A stretch of 64,000 bases of DNA, from assembly GCF_009914755.1 (NCBI RefSeq), contig NC_060939.1; one strand, 5' to 3'. Position numbers and translations under genes: made by a program. Origin of the DNA: the human T2T-CHM13v2.0 reference genome, Homo sapiens. Position 1 is the first letter of the stretch. Every line of letters begins with the position of its first letter. Shown piece after piece: positions 25,768 to 41,996 of the stretch. The notes below the pieces were generated by a model. That model saw only the letters and a list, made by a program, of their open reading frames with translations. It was not told the origin of the DNA and made no database searches.

Positions 25768-26759
25768 TTTTTTATTTTTAATAAATATTTGTTTCTTATT
25801 TTGAAAGTAATCACGTTCATTAGAAAGATTTTGGATATGTGGACATAATTGAAAAATAGGAAAACTATCGCCCATTGTCTTTCTGCTGAAACTCAAACAC
25901 TATAGAAATTTCAGTTTGTTTCCGTTTCTTCCTCTTCTCTTCTTTTTCTGTTTTCAATCATTTTGAAAATATAATTTAATTTCCATCTTTATCTTAATTG
26001 CATATTCATATATAAGATTCAGTTCTTAGTAACTTTCTGATTAGTATGTGACACATTATCTTCCATGTGTATAACCACAATTCACATTTGTAGAAGTGAG
26101 TTACTGTAGTGGGATTTTAGACAGTGTAACTGGCTCATATGAGATAGTTTTGACTGACCAAGCTTTATTTATTCATCAAATCCAACCAATTGCCTATCTC
26201 AAGGATTATATAGTTGATGCCAACCACTCGACTTGCCATTCAGACTGAATAAAGCCTACATACTTGTCATTTTTTATTGTGTGAATTATTATTTCTGTAG
26301 TAACTTGTCTTCTAAATTAAGAATAATGTTTGTATTCTCAAAAGGAATAGGGTGCAAATATTTCCACATAGTTTTAGAAATCAGATGCTGCTCTCTCTAT
26401 ATTTTTCTGCCTCTTACCTTTATTTTTAAGTGTTGTGGGCTACTCCTGTTTTCAGAATGTTGGCTCCTGTCAAGTGATTGCTAAGGGCTAGATGTGGCCT
26501 TGTGGAACTTGGATAAACATTTTCTTCTCTGCATTTGGTTGAAGTGTTTATCAGTGATCTCCCTGTCTTCTTTGTGGCCAGGAGCTTGGCTAAAAGGATT
26601 GTTTAGCTTGAGGTTTGGGGGGTCAGATCAATCTTCTGAGGCTTTCTGACCTGGCTTATCGCTGTGGTTGGATATTAGACAGTATCATTAAGCTAATAAT
26701 CAGACCCTGTAACTCAGAATTTAGACATGAAGAAATTCAGCTTCTTTTACTTATTTAAA

Positions 26760-28570
<1,811 letters not shown>

Positions 28571-29859
28571 CCACATGAGAATTTAAAAAATAATTTTAAA
28601 GAGGAGCTGCTATTATATTCAGACAGTAACATGGAATTTTTATTTTACAGTAGTTAAATCCTGATCTTGTGACTTTGGGAATTATTGATTTCACAGTTAG
28701 TAATGGCAAATGTTTTCCCCACATTATTGTCTGAACTGAATCGAAACTTGGTGTGAGTAGTGGTGGCAAGATACTGACTTTTTTTTTAGAGCAATTCTTG
28801 GTATGTACAACAGTTTGGCTTATTATGGCTCTTATTTTCTAAGCTGTAGAAATGTTCTACTTGTGAGGTACTGCAGGGACATGAACAGCCCTGAGAAAGA
28901 AAGTAGGTTCTTACTTATTTTTCTACGTATAGAATTTTATGATATATTAGTAAAAATTATTAGCTTTCTTGCTTATTTAATTCTAAAGATGTACCATTAA
29001 CTAAAACCCTTCAATTTCACAGCTCCGTAGACATTTGGTAGGGATTATACAGGTCCAAAAGGAAAGTAAACACCAGAGTAGCTATTACAAGGGAACACAA
29101 ATAAGAATGGTTTAGAAATGGATATGATGAATTGACATGTAAGGGTCCATGTAAATGCTGTTTGCTCTCTAAAAGAATGTTTACCTAAAGCTATTCATCC
29201 TGCAGACTTGTTTAATGGTATCCTGGTGATGAAATTGAGACATAAGTAATATACAGTTCAGTTTAGTTTTGTTAGTGAGCTACTTTAAATCTTTGATCAC
29301 CACATTGGTTTTTATAGTACCTGTTTGGATTTGGATACAGTTTAACACTTCATTAAGCAAATGGCTTCTCTTTCCTTAGGTGTGCTTGGATAACCTAATT
29401 GATGTATATAGGACTGATCACATTTTCAGATTTTACTTGAGTCACTGAGATTATTTTTGTTGTTGTTTTTGGGTTAAATAAACTATTATATTATGAATGG
29501 AAGAATCTTTAGGTTCTTGCTTTTCTTGTTGATGACTTTTTTTTCTTCCTTTTGCCCTATGTTTTTTCACTACGCTTGACCACTTCTGGGTGGGCAAGAA
29601 GAGCTTGCCCTTTATTTAGTCGAGTTTGTAGCTGTACTCAATAAAATTTGCCACCTGTGAAAGGGATTGCAGTGTTGGAGAAACAAAGGAAATTAATAAT
29701 GTTTGATTTTAAGATCATTTATGGTTTCATATGTTCAGCCTTGTGTCTTATGGTTGTGAACAGGTTCATAAATTATGACAATGAATTTAACATTTAATAG
29801 AATATATTTTTTAATGATACACACATATATGTAGATGTATAAAGATATGTATGTAGTTT

Positions 29860-30030
29860 TAAAAGTACTCTCATATCTGTATACTTTTCATTTCATACTC
29901 ATGATACAGTGAATTTAATAGTGGTATTGTCTCTATTTTACATATGAAGGACCAGTACCTAATTATAATGACTTCCCAAAACCGTATAGTTAATAAGCAG
30001 TATAATAGTGATTTAAACCCAGAAGTAGGA
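29860..30030 (-). mobile_element. MIR relic
   Basis: tctctattttacatatgaagga...tgacttcccaaa...gatttaaacccag. Confidence 0.55.
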
Positions 30031-30289
30031 CACTGTCTCCCTGGTCAGTGTTATTTCCATTTCACAATACTGCCTTTAACAAAACAGTGAGAAATAATCT
30101 GTAAGCTTTACTATTTGAACAGGCAGTGTTGTCATTTAAAATTCTGTTTGCTGTGATTCTCCAATTTTTTTAGGAACATATAATTTCCCATTTTCTGGGT
30201 GCCATAGGAAATAATATCAACATAAAATATTTTCCTCAACATGTAAGTTTCCAGATCACTGCGCATATATTAGAAACTAATGTTAATAA

Positions 30290-30465
30290 TATTAACATTT
30301 TCTTAATACTTTTATGTGTATTTAACATGAATTCTTTTATTCTTACAACCCCCCAATGAGATTGGTACAGTTACCTTAATTACCAGATGAAGAAACAGTC
30401 TTGGGAATCAGTAATTTGTACAAAGTTACACACAGTGAATGACTTCGGGGTTTAAACTTCCAAAG
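30290..30465 (-). mobile_element. MIR relic
   Basis: ttcttacaacccc..atgagattggta...accagatgaagaaacag...caaagttacacacag. Confidence 0.55.
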
Positions 30466-30505
30466 TGATTAAATGATATTGTTTCCTGAAAGAGTAATGT
30501 TATCT

Positions 30506-30803
30506 TATTTTATTTTAGAGATAGTGTCTTGCTCTGTCACCCATTCTGGAGTGCAGTGGCACGATCATAGCTCACTGCAGCCTTGAACTCCTGGGCTCAA
30601 GCAATTCTTTTGCATCAGCCTCTCAAGAAGCTAGAACTACAGGTATGCACCACCATGCCTGGCTAATTTTTTAAAATTTTTTTGTAGAGACGGGATCTCA
30701 CTATGTTGTGTAGGCTGATTGCCAACTCCAGGCCTCAAGTGATCCTCCCACCTCGGCCTCCCAAAGTATTGGGATTGTAGGTGTGAGCCACTAGTGCCCA
30801 GCC
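30506..30803 (-). mobile_element. AluJ
   Basis: gatcatagctcactgcagccttgaactcctgggctcaagc. Confidence 0.9.
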
Positions 30804-31036
30804 TCTGAAACAATAATTTTATTCAAATAAGAGCATGAAAAGTGTTTGTAGTCTTGTCACAAGGTGCTTTTAATGGACTTTGAAGGGTGGTTTAGGCAAG
30901 TTAAAATTTTTTCTTTGTTTATATTTTTGGGGAAAAAAACACCAAAAGCCTGGCCTGTCAGGATTAGAAGACTCTTAACTGAGGTCTTATGGAATTAGAA
31001 AAGTGGATCAGGATCAGATTGTGAGAAGCCTTGACT

Positions 31037-31328
31037 CAGGGGTCCCCAAACCCCTGGGCACAGACTGGGAAACCCGGTTGCACCGCAGGAGGTGAGTGGC
31101 AAGCAAACAAACATTATCTCCTGAGCTCCACCTCCCAGATCAGCAGCGGCATTAGATTCTCATAGGAACCAAACCCTATTGTGAACTGTACGTGTGGGGG
31201 GATCTAGATTGCTCACTCCTTATGAAAATCTAACTAATGCCTGATGATCCGAAGTGGAACAGTTTTATCCCAAAACCATCCCACCCCCCACCCCCAGCTC
31301 CTGGTGCCAGAAGGGTTGGAGACTGCTG
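31037..31328 (+). mobile_element. MER1B hAT-Charlie with perfect 8-bp TSD
   Basis: caggggtcccc...gggttggagactgctg; ccttgact at 31029-31036 and 31329-31336. Confidence 0.9.
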
Positions 31329-31584
31329 CCTTGACTGACACATTGAATAGTTTTGGGCTTTGAGAGGTTCTTGAAAGATTTTGAACGGTGGCTGTTCAAA
31401 GCATTTTGGTTTTCCCTAAATGTGGTGTGGAATTAGTTGAACAGCACACCAGTGAAGACGGTAATGAAGGCATCTTGATATAGATAAAGGTTTTTTGTTT
31501 TTTTTTTCACTGAAGAAGTCATAGGAATGGAATAAAAGAGTTGGAGAAGAGATATTTTAAAGGGGAGGTTGACTGCGTTTGTAA

Positions 31585-32090
31585 TCTGGCATTTCTCTTT
31601 GGTAGGTACCTAGAAGTAAAATTGCCAGGTCATGTAATAACTCTAAGATTTTGAGAAACTGCCAGACTGTTTTCCAGAGTAGCTGCACCATTTTACATTC
31701 CCAGCAGTAGCATATGAGGGTTCTAATTTTCCAAATCCTTGGCAGCACTTGTTTTTATCTCTTTAATTATAGCCTGCCTAGTAGTTGTGAAATGGTATCT
31801 CATTGTGGTTTTGATTTGCATTTCCTTAGTGGCTGCTAATGGTGTTGAACGTCTATTTTATGTGCTTATTGGCTGTTTGCTTATTTTCTTTGGAGAACTA
31901 TTTTGTTTATTTGCCCATTTTTTAATTGAAAATTTAAAAAAATTACTGAGTTATATTTCTTTATAAAATATTCTAAATACAAATTCCTTATGTAATTCTG
32001 TAGATTCTTTTAGGTTTCTTTTCATTTTCATGATGTCCTGTTTTCCCTTTTTAAAAAAATTATTGCTTGTGTTTTTGGTATCATCTCTCA
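31585..32090 (-). mobile_element. Old L1M 3' ORF2 fragment
   Basis: Minus ORF 31557..31748 (CWECKMVQLLWKTVWQFLK) is L1 ORF2 C-terminus. Confidence 0.8.
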
Positions 32091-32387
32091 GAAGGACTTT
32101 TAAGGGAAGCAGAGAAAAGAGAGAAGCAAATCCTATATTGTTTTCCTCTGTGTAGAAGTTTTTGAACATTTCCTTATAGTAAGTCAAAGGATTGGGACAG
32201 CTGCACATAACTAGCATGTTGGGATGATGTGGTTATTTCAATTAAGTGAAGAAGTCAGTTGTTTTTAACTGGACAAGCAGGTAAGTGATTTAAAGTGTAA
32301 TCATTTTCTTATGTTGATTGTTGTGAGGTGATAAAATCTGGTAAGAAAATTAAGGTGGTTTGAAAAATGACATCCTGTGCAGATTTA

Positions 32388-32949
<562 letters not shown>

Positions 32950-33390
32950 TCAATTTTAGTACTGATTTCCGTTTCCTTTTTCATTCTTATGAATATGTAG
33001 TTGATCTTTCTCACACACATGTACTTACACATGTGGTTTAATTAGATGTGGCAAAAAACCAGTGTTCCTTTTTCAGGAAGGACTTTATTTCTATTGCTAG
33101 TGCTAAAACACATACGTTTATTGAACCAAATCATAGGATATTATCACGTTCAGCACTGTAAAGTGAAATAAGCTATCTTAAAAACAGCTTGATGGATTTC
33201 TAGGGGTAAGGAGTTTTAATTACAAAATGAAATAGGTTTTAAACTAATATTCATAAGAGTTCAAGGAAAAACAAAATTAAGTGGAAAAATTCCTGTTCTA
33301 ATTTTATTAGAAAGGAATTAATAGCTATTTATTCACAACATCTGATTAGGAAGCTGGGATAGGGCAAGCTCTCAATAATAGAAAAGTGTG

Positions 33391-33730
33391 GGGCAGGCGT
33401 GGCGGCTCATGCCTAGCACATTGGGAGGCTGAGGTAGGAGGATTACTTGAGGCCAGGAGTTTGAGACCAACCTGGGCAACATAGTGAGATCCCATCTCTG
33501 TTAAAAAAAAAATTGCTGGACATGAGGGTGCCTGCCTGTGGTCCAGGCTACTCAGGGGGCTGAGACAGGGGGATTGCTTGAGCCCAGGAGTTGGAGGTTG
33601 CAGTGAGCCATGACCATACCACTTGCACTCCAGCTGGGTGACAGAGAGCCCATCTCAAAAAGAAAGAAGGTGGGGGTGGTGGAGAGAAGGAAGAGAGGGA
33701 GGGAGGGAGGGAGGGAAAGAAAAGAAAAAA
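33391..33730 (+). mobile_element. AluJ with purine-rich tail
   Basis: gaggattacttgaggccaggag...gcagtgagccatgaccatacc. Confidence 0.88.
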
Positions 33731-36700
33731 ATATCTGGGTACTATTTCGTGATATCACAGATTGAGTCTTTGGCTTCAGAGTTCTAGAGGTGATTCACCA
33801 GCCTGAAAATACGCTTTTCATACCTTCGCATTCTTGCCAAAGCATGTCCTTCATTTAATTAGGAGAGGATAATAAAATGTAACTTGTAAGGTGAAAAAAA
33901 AAGAAGCGACAAGCCATAGAGTTTATCTAAAAATTTTTTGTCCTAAGCATTTTTGTTATATTTAGTAGGAAACTGCTACTTTGGGAACAGGAGAAGGGAA
34001 TATTGGGGAGATCTGCATTTTTCTTTAGCTAGTCCTTGTTCCAAGTATATTGTAGACATAGAGGTAAACATTAGCGTTGTATTGAAGTGCAGTGGTTCCT
34101 TGGGTATATGCAAATATATGTACATTATTTGTACTGTAGTTAGCTGAGGGGACACGGGATAGATAGATGACTAGGCCTTTGATGTTTTTTTCCTTGTGTG
34201 AATGAGGAAAAATGAAAAGGTACTCCAAATGCTGTGATTTTTGTGGTATGTGCCTAGCTCTTAATTGTCAAATGATACTTTCCCCTTAACTGTATAGGCC
34301 AGACTGCTTGGTGTATCTCCATTCCGTACCATTAATTCACAAAAACTTAGAAAGTATTCTTCCACTTGTTACCTTTTTGATTTGATTAATTTGTTTAAAG
34401 GTACATTGAAGGCTGTCTTCTGTTGTATAAGGGTTGAGTGAACACATCCATGTTCACTTTTCTGTGTAATTGATGCCGTAATTGAGAGGTCATTACCTGA
34501 TGTCTAAATAAATAGACATGGGTTGTTTTTTCTTACATATCTGTTCATATTGAAACTCATCTCCTGCTTTACCCTATTTCTGAGGCTCCGTGAAATATTT
34601 CAACCTCAGTCTTCGCATTTTGTTAGCCAGTTACTTCATTGTCATTTGTATACCCAGGTATTTAACTTGGTTTCCCATTCAGGCTATTTATATTTTCTGA
34701 TCATTTGTGGAATTCAATTCATACCTCTCCATCTACTTCAGCAAATGTTTTCTGGTCACTGGTTTTGTTTCTCTGTCAGACCCTTCCTTACCCATGACCA
34801 AAAAAATCCTTAATTTTATCATAGCTTCAGCTTTTGTTTTTATTGTTGCTTTGAATAGTCCATGTGGTAGAATCTTTTTACCCTCAGCCCCCAAAATAAA
34901 CTTTGTTTCCTGTCTCTCTGTGGGTTATGCTTACTTATTAAGTCCGTAGACCTTCTTGTTGCAGACTGGCTTTTCAGGAATCATGAGACCCATTTATTTG
35001 TACAGTTTTGGGTTTCTTCTGGACCTCCTAAAGGACAAGAAGAGTTACTAGTAATATTCCTGCCCTCTGACACAGTAACTACCACTTAGGTGCCACAGCT
35101 CTTTGAGATTGTCAGAAGTCATGATTGCCTGTCATCCAGACCTAGTAATTTCTTTATATTAATATAACTGTATTACTCTTTGATCTAATATTCTAACTTC
35201 TGCTTCAAAAATTATTTCAGGCCTCTCTTGATTAGCTTTTCCAGACTTCATGAGTCTCTCTTTTATCTCACTTTCTTTCCTGAATAAGAACTTTTATTAT
35301 TGGCTTTTTGAGTAACTTGTAAATAATATTCAAACTCCTCTTCAGGATTTTTATTTCTTTCTTTTGAAAAAGTATCTTCTGTCTGTGAAAACATGATTAT
35401 ATGGATTCTTTTTTATCTCCCCATTGTAGAGTACATTCTTAATGCAACAAAAGAGCAAAGATTCTGAACCATTAATTTATCGTTCAATCTAGATTCCTGA
35501 TTTTGTTTATAACGTGGGCTGTATATTTGTGGAGCCTATCTTGACATCATGATGGCTTTTTATCCTTTAATTATATTTGGTAAAAAGTAAATTGATCTTA
35601 TTCCATTTGTCTTCACCAGTGGATTCAGTATCGGAAGAAAGCTCTTTGGCAAGTGCATAACCTGACTGAAATGTCAGGGAACAGATGGAAAGGAGTTCCG
35701 TAAGAATTGGCTGAATAGTAGGAGTTTGACTTTCTGAAAAGTTTACTGCCTTTCCTTTCCTCCAGAAGTGATGGGAGGAAGAGCTCAACCTTCAAACAAA
35801 GAGACAGCTGTTTTTAGGCTGGTATTCAGTAGGAGAAGATAAAAGCAGTTTCAAATAGGTCTTTACCCTATGGTTTATTTATTTTTGAAGAGACATGAGC
35901 TCTCAGAATATCGAGAATATCTCATGATCAGATGTAAACACAAAAAACAGTTTCGAGCCAATATAAATAGTTCTTTTGAATTTTCCTAATTATACTACTG
36001 CCTTGATTAGGGTGAAAAATTGCATTTAGGGTAATTAACTTACTCATAATATGGATGTGAAGGCAACTGACTTTATTTGTGATTATATAGTTGGGTGTTG
36101 TGAATGTTATTATAGTCAAAATTTCTGCTTAAGTGCATATAGGCTATTTTTGTACATTTTAACATTTCCTCATAGTGTTCTGAAGACCACACTGAAAAAA
36201 ATCCCTTTTAAATTACTGATTTTCATTACCTGATTAACTTATGTGAATCTATGATGAGGCTCTCAGGTATTAACTTTAACAAATTAAGCTATCATGTTTA
36301 TAATCACATGAAGAATTTGAGGCAGGATGTCCTACCTGACATCAGGTACTTCTTCTACATTTGATAAAACGAAAAATGCATTGGAAGACAGATGCAGTAC
36401 TTTGGAAGACAGACAGAAAAGTACAATAAAGATTAAAAGAAAGATGGGCAATTTGGCAGTCAAACAAATTTAGCTCTGAGTGCTGGGGTCTCTTTTCTAA
36501 TTACTCAGCTTTTAGTACGTTAAAATTGGATGTTAATCTCATGATGAATCTTTTCTTTATACTATTGAACCAAATAGTTCTTTCTCTTATTTATTTTTTA
36601 TGTTGTCTTCAGGTGGATAAATTAGGTGTTATGTCTATGTTTTTCCCTTTGTATTCACATAAGTATAATTTGCAAAAAAGCCTTTGCCACAGTGGGAATT

Positions 36701-37344
36701 CATTGTGGTGATGAAAGCTAAAGTGTTCTTTCATGCTAATTTTATAATGTGTATATACTGCAGAAGTTAGACAAAGAAACTAAGTTAAACAAAGATCTAG
36801 AGCCACTGCCAAACCTGAAAACAACAATGGCACAAAGAAGAGAACAGAATGCAGGGTCCAAAGCCAACAAAATCCAAATGTAAATTTGCTAGTTTGCAGG
36901 CATCTCATGTAAATGGGCTTATTTTGGCAACTCTTGGAGTTAAAAATACAAAAGACATCACTTATACAAAAGCAAAAATAATTGAGATTTAAAAAAAAAT
37001 AGGAAAATGGTCTTTGGAAATTTATAGTAGCCACTTAGTTTGTATGAAGAATGCTGCCTTTCACTTTTGTTAAAATCCATTTGTTTACTTGATCGCATTA
37101 CTAGTGTACTGTGGCTCTTCATATTTATGAAAGTCATTTTGGATGACAGAAGAAGACATGATCATTACATCAAAAGTTTACTGAACACGTTTTTTCCCTA
37201 AGCCTTGGATTGGGACCTGTAATTACAATCCTTTCTTGGTATGTTGGCAACATATTTTATATTAATATAATTGCCATTTTCTAGCCATTGCCTGCATGCC
37301 CATTTACTCAATTTAACTACAAAAGTACCTTTTACCTTATTTTA

Positions 37345-37442
37345 TTTTTCAATTTTTATTGTTTTTTTTGAGATGGAGTTTTGCCTTGTTGCCCAGGCTG
37401 GAGTGCAGTGGCACGATCTCAGCTCACTGCAACCTCTGCCTC
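37345..37442 (-). mobile_element. 5'-truncated AluS 3' end (~75 bp plus tail)
   Basis: gagatggagttttgcc...actgcaacctctgcctc, then an abrupt end. Confidence 0.85.
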
Positions 37443-37665
37443 ATATGGGAGGGCATAAAGTGAATCCTTAGCAAGTGTGGGTCTGGCTCATTTGTGGTTC
37501 ATCAGATGGACGTGGACGAAGGGAAACAAAAGTAGTAATGTTTCTTTGAAGATAAAGGATCGAAAACAGAGTGTTCTTATGGAAATAAAAAGATAATGGC
37601 TAAAGAAATGGGCATCACTTTTTGGTATATGCAAAAAAACGTGATTTTCCTGCTCTAATATATAT

Positions 37666-37946
37666 AGACAAAGTCTTAACTCTGTTGCCCAGGCTGAAAT
37701 GTGTGCCACAGTCATTGCTCACTGTGACCTCAAATTCCGGGGCTGAATTGATCATCCTGCCTCTGCCTCCCGAGGAGCCAGTACTACAGGCACGCACCAC
37801 CATTCCTGGCTAATTTTTAATTTTTTTGTGGAGACGGGATCGCACTGTGTTGCCCAAGCTGGTCTCGAAGTCTTGGCTTCAAGTGACCCTCCTGCCTCTG
37901 TCTCCCAAAGTGCTGGGATTACAAATGTGAGCCACTGTGCCCAGCC
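37666..37946 (-). mobile_element. AluJ
   Basis: Full dimer, tail eroded. Confidence 0.88.
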
Positions 37947-37984
37947 TTACATATAAATATTTTTTCTTATGAATTTTTAGGTCT

Positions 37985-38860
37985 ACTTTTTTGTTTTTTA
38001 TTGTGGTTAAAAAAATGAGATCTGTCTTCTTAACAAATTCTTAAGTATTTAGTATGGTATTGTTAACTATGTGCACATTGTTTTACAGCAGATCTTTAGT
38101 ACTTTTTCATCTTGCATGACTGAAACTCTGTCCCTATTGAATAACAGTTCCCCACTCTACAGTAATCACCATTCTACCTTCTGCTTCTGAGTTTCGCTAC
38201 TTTAGATACTTCATATAAGTGGAATTATGCAGTATTTGTCCTTTTGTGACTGGCTTACTTTATTAACATGTCATCCTGCAGGTTCATTCATGTTATCACA
38301 AGTGATAGAATTTTTTCTTTCTTTTAAGGCTAAATAATATTTTATTGCACGTGTGTACCACATTTTCTTTATTTTTTTCATCTAAAGACCCACTAAAACT
38401 ACATGGATTAACTACATTAATCCATCGGTAGACATTTAGGTTATTTCTACATTTTGGCTATTCATATTTCAATAAACATGGGAATACAGATACCTTTTTG
38501 AGATCCTGATTTTAACTCTTTTGGATAAGTATCCAGAAGTGGGATTGCTGGATCATTATGGTAGTTCTATTTTTAATTTTTTAAGGACCTGCCATACTAT
38601 TTTCCATGGCAACCGTATCATTTTATATTCCCTCTAACAGTGCTTCCAGTCTCTCCACGTCCTCACTATCACTTATGTTCTTATGTTGTGTGTGTGTGTT
38701 TTTTAATAATAGTCATCCTAATGGGTGTGAGGATATGTATCAGTCTCACTGTGGTTTTGATTTGCATTTCCCTGATGATCAGATATGTTGAGCACATTTT
38801 TATGTACCTATAAAAATATACAAAGAAGACACCTGTATGTCTTCTTCGGAGAAATTGGGT
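37985..38860 (-). mobile_element. L1MA/MB 3' end
   Basis: tttagatacttcatataagtggaattatgcagtatttgtc...gagatcctgattttaac...ccagaagtgggattgctggatca. Confidence 0.85.
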
Positions 38861-39512
38861 ATTCTTAATTGATTTAAAACAATATTTAAGTCAGTAGAAT
38901 TTTAGCAAAGTAAAAGATACTGAATTTCTGGAAGTCTTTGTGATTGTGTTTGAATTCTATGAAGTGTTAGGCTAGTAGTTTTGTATTTGTCCATTGATTG
39001 TTTTTGGTTTAAGTTATTTCTTCAAGAAAACTCATTTTTAACTTATAAACTTCAGAAATTTTGGAAGATAGTGAAAGGAAGAAAAAATTCAACTTTGCAA
39101 ATGAAATTATTATTAGTTTTCTAGTTCCCTTCAGTTTTCCCCGTCATGCATTGTTTTTAAAGTTACCATATTAAACTTTTTTTTTTATCTTGCTTTTTTA
39201 CCGAAAACTATGATAGAAAGAAAGTTTTAATTAAAAAAAGCTTAACAGATAAAAGAGAAAAAGTAGTACAGTTTTTACATTCAGATTGGACACTTTCAAA
39301 TTGGAAACAAGAAGAAACAGTTTTTGAATTAAATGGGAAAGTGAAATAAACAAGGATAAATAGGAGCTAATACTGTATTACTGAATTTATATACTCTTAG
39401 AAACATGGACAGAGTCAGAACACATAGTAAATTTATATGATAATGAGCCACATGACTCTAATATAAGCTCTGCTATTTGAGTTTTAAATGTTTCACTGTT
39501 TAAGAATTTACC

Positions 39513-39641
39513 AGCCGGGCACAGTGGGTCACACCTGTAATCCCAGCACTTTGGGAGGCCGAGACAGGCGGATCACTTGAGGTCAGGAGTTTGAGATAAG
39601 ACTGGCCAACATGATGAAACCCCATCTCTTAAAAAAAAAAA
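39513..39641 (+). mobile_element. Alu left monomer only, with TSD
   Basis: Ends in A11 at the linker position; aagaatttacc 39502-39512 / aaaaatttacc 39637-39647. Confidence 0.88.
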
Positions 39642-40754
39642 TTTACCTGTGGATTCTTTAAGTGAAGTTACTTATATTGTCATTTAATTACTAGTTTTTA
39701 AAATGAACTTTTTGTTTGTTAGAGAAATTTACAGGGCATATATTCTACCTGTTGAATGAATCATCATGCTCAGAGAGAGTTCCAGTTTTGTGACTGATTT
39801 GCCTTACCATTTTTTTTCTTTTCTAACTATTGTAATTTTTTTTTCAGCCTTGCTTTTACCTGTTTTTCTGGTCAAAATTTTATGGATCTTTTCTTTGAAG
39901 TAGAGCTTTTCATGCTGACTTTAGTCATGTGATTTTTCAGGTAATTTTTTTTTTATAAGACTGTGTTTAGGATGACATATTCTGCTTAGTAAGAATTCAT
40001 TATTTTCAAATGTTCACGGATTTGTTATGTTTTCCATACAAATACATGTTTTGAGGTTAGTGGACATAAAGTGGAATGGGGCATTTTGGGAGAAAACCTC
40101 TGTTTTATTGAGTTTAACTTGCTTGATCATTTGTGGTACTGATGAACCTACCATACAAAAAGCAGTGAAGATAAACTTGGGGGTGTAAATGACAAAGCAT
40201 CCAGAATCATAGTAGATTTTCACTAAATGCTTATTGAGTAGAAATTATTCAGTAGTGGAAAGCAGATATAATTGATCATTGTAGAAAACAGTAACATTTT
40301 CTGTCACGTGTTAATCTTTTAAAACAACTCAGTGAAACAGTGCAGGGAGACCGTTTTGTGATGGTGATTATAGACACTTAGAAATGACTCCATGTGAGAT
40401 GTGTTCCAGACACATTACATGCTGTCCCATTTAAGTAGGCAGAACCTATGTTTCCTTTTCACAAAAGGAACTGGGGCAAAAAAGTGTGTGGCATTCAAGA
40501 CAAACGATTTGAACTATGTCTGGATTAATACGTCAAATTCTTTTTTTCCCCATAAGATGAATACTGTTTCTTTTTTATTGTCTAGGTTTTTATTCTCATG
40601 AAAGTAGGAAAAGAGTTGATTTGTGATAAACATGAGTATCTTTGTGTAGCCTGACTGACTTTAAAGAGCAGTGGGATCAGGATTGTGTCAGTATTACACT
40701 CTGTGGTAATATCTTCTGTATCACTTGCTATAATAAGTCATTCATGTTGAGGAT

Positions 40755-41079
<325 letters not shown>

Positions 41080-41309
41080 ATGTGGAGAAGTTTTAGTACA
41101 GAGGCTATTAGCTCCGGCAGGCTGTCAGTACTCCAGTCAGAGAGAAACTGATACTTTAAGAGGCAATACCACAAATGGGAAATCCAACTTAGACCCAGCA
41201 ACTTCATAAGCAGCAGATGACTGCCTTCCACGATTTTCTTCACTGAAAAATTGCCAAATGAGTTCTCTAACAATAGGAATGAAAAACCTTTCCTTACAGT
41301 TTCAGATCG

Positions 41310-41525
41310 TTTACATTTGTTGAGAATTTAACTGTGTGACAGAGACTGTACTTAAACGCCTTACCAACATCATCTCATTTAATTCTCAGCCTCACTCTTG
41401 AGTTATGTACTATTATCAACCCACATTTAACAGAGGAAGAAGCAGACTTAGATAGGGTCATCACATAGCTAGCAAATATCAAAACTTGGCATCATACCTG
41501 GATCTAGCTAATTCTAAAGCATGTT
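41310..41525 (-). mobile_element. MIR
   Basis: catttgttgagaatttaactgtgtgacag...atctcatttaattctca...tttaacagaggaagaagcagactta. Confidence 0.7.
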
Positions 41526-41662
41526 TTCTTGAGTTTGTCACCTTACATAGTTACTACAGAGTTCACTATATTCTACTTTCTTTGTTGACTTGAAGAGAAA
41601 CTCAGACACTAGTTTGAGAAATTGGGTATGGAAGGACATCAGTTAGATTCATTTTTTTCTGA

Positions 41663-41996
<334 letters not shown>

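Noticed and set aside
36686-36712. Small hairpin gccacagtgggaattcattgtggt; also TCTGATCA-c-TGATCAGA at 58513-58529
   Set aside because: Stems short enough to arise by chance in 64 kb; no miRNA-length precursor
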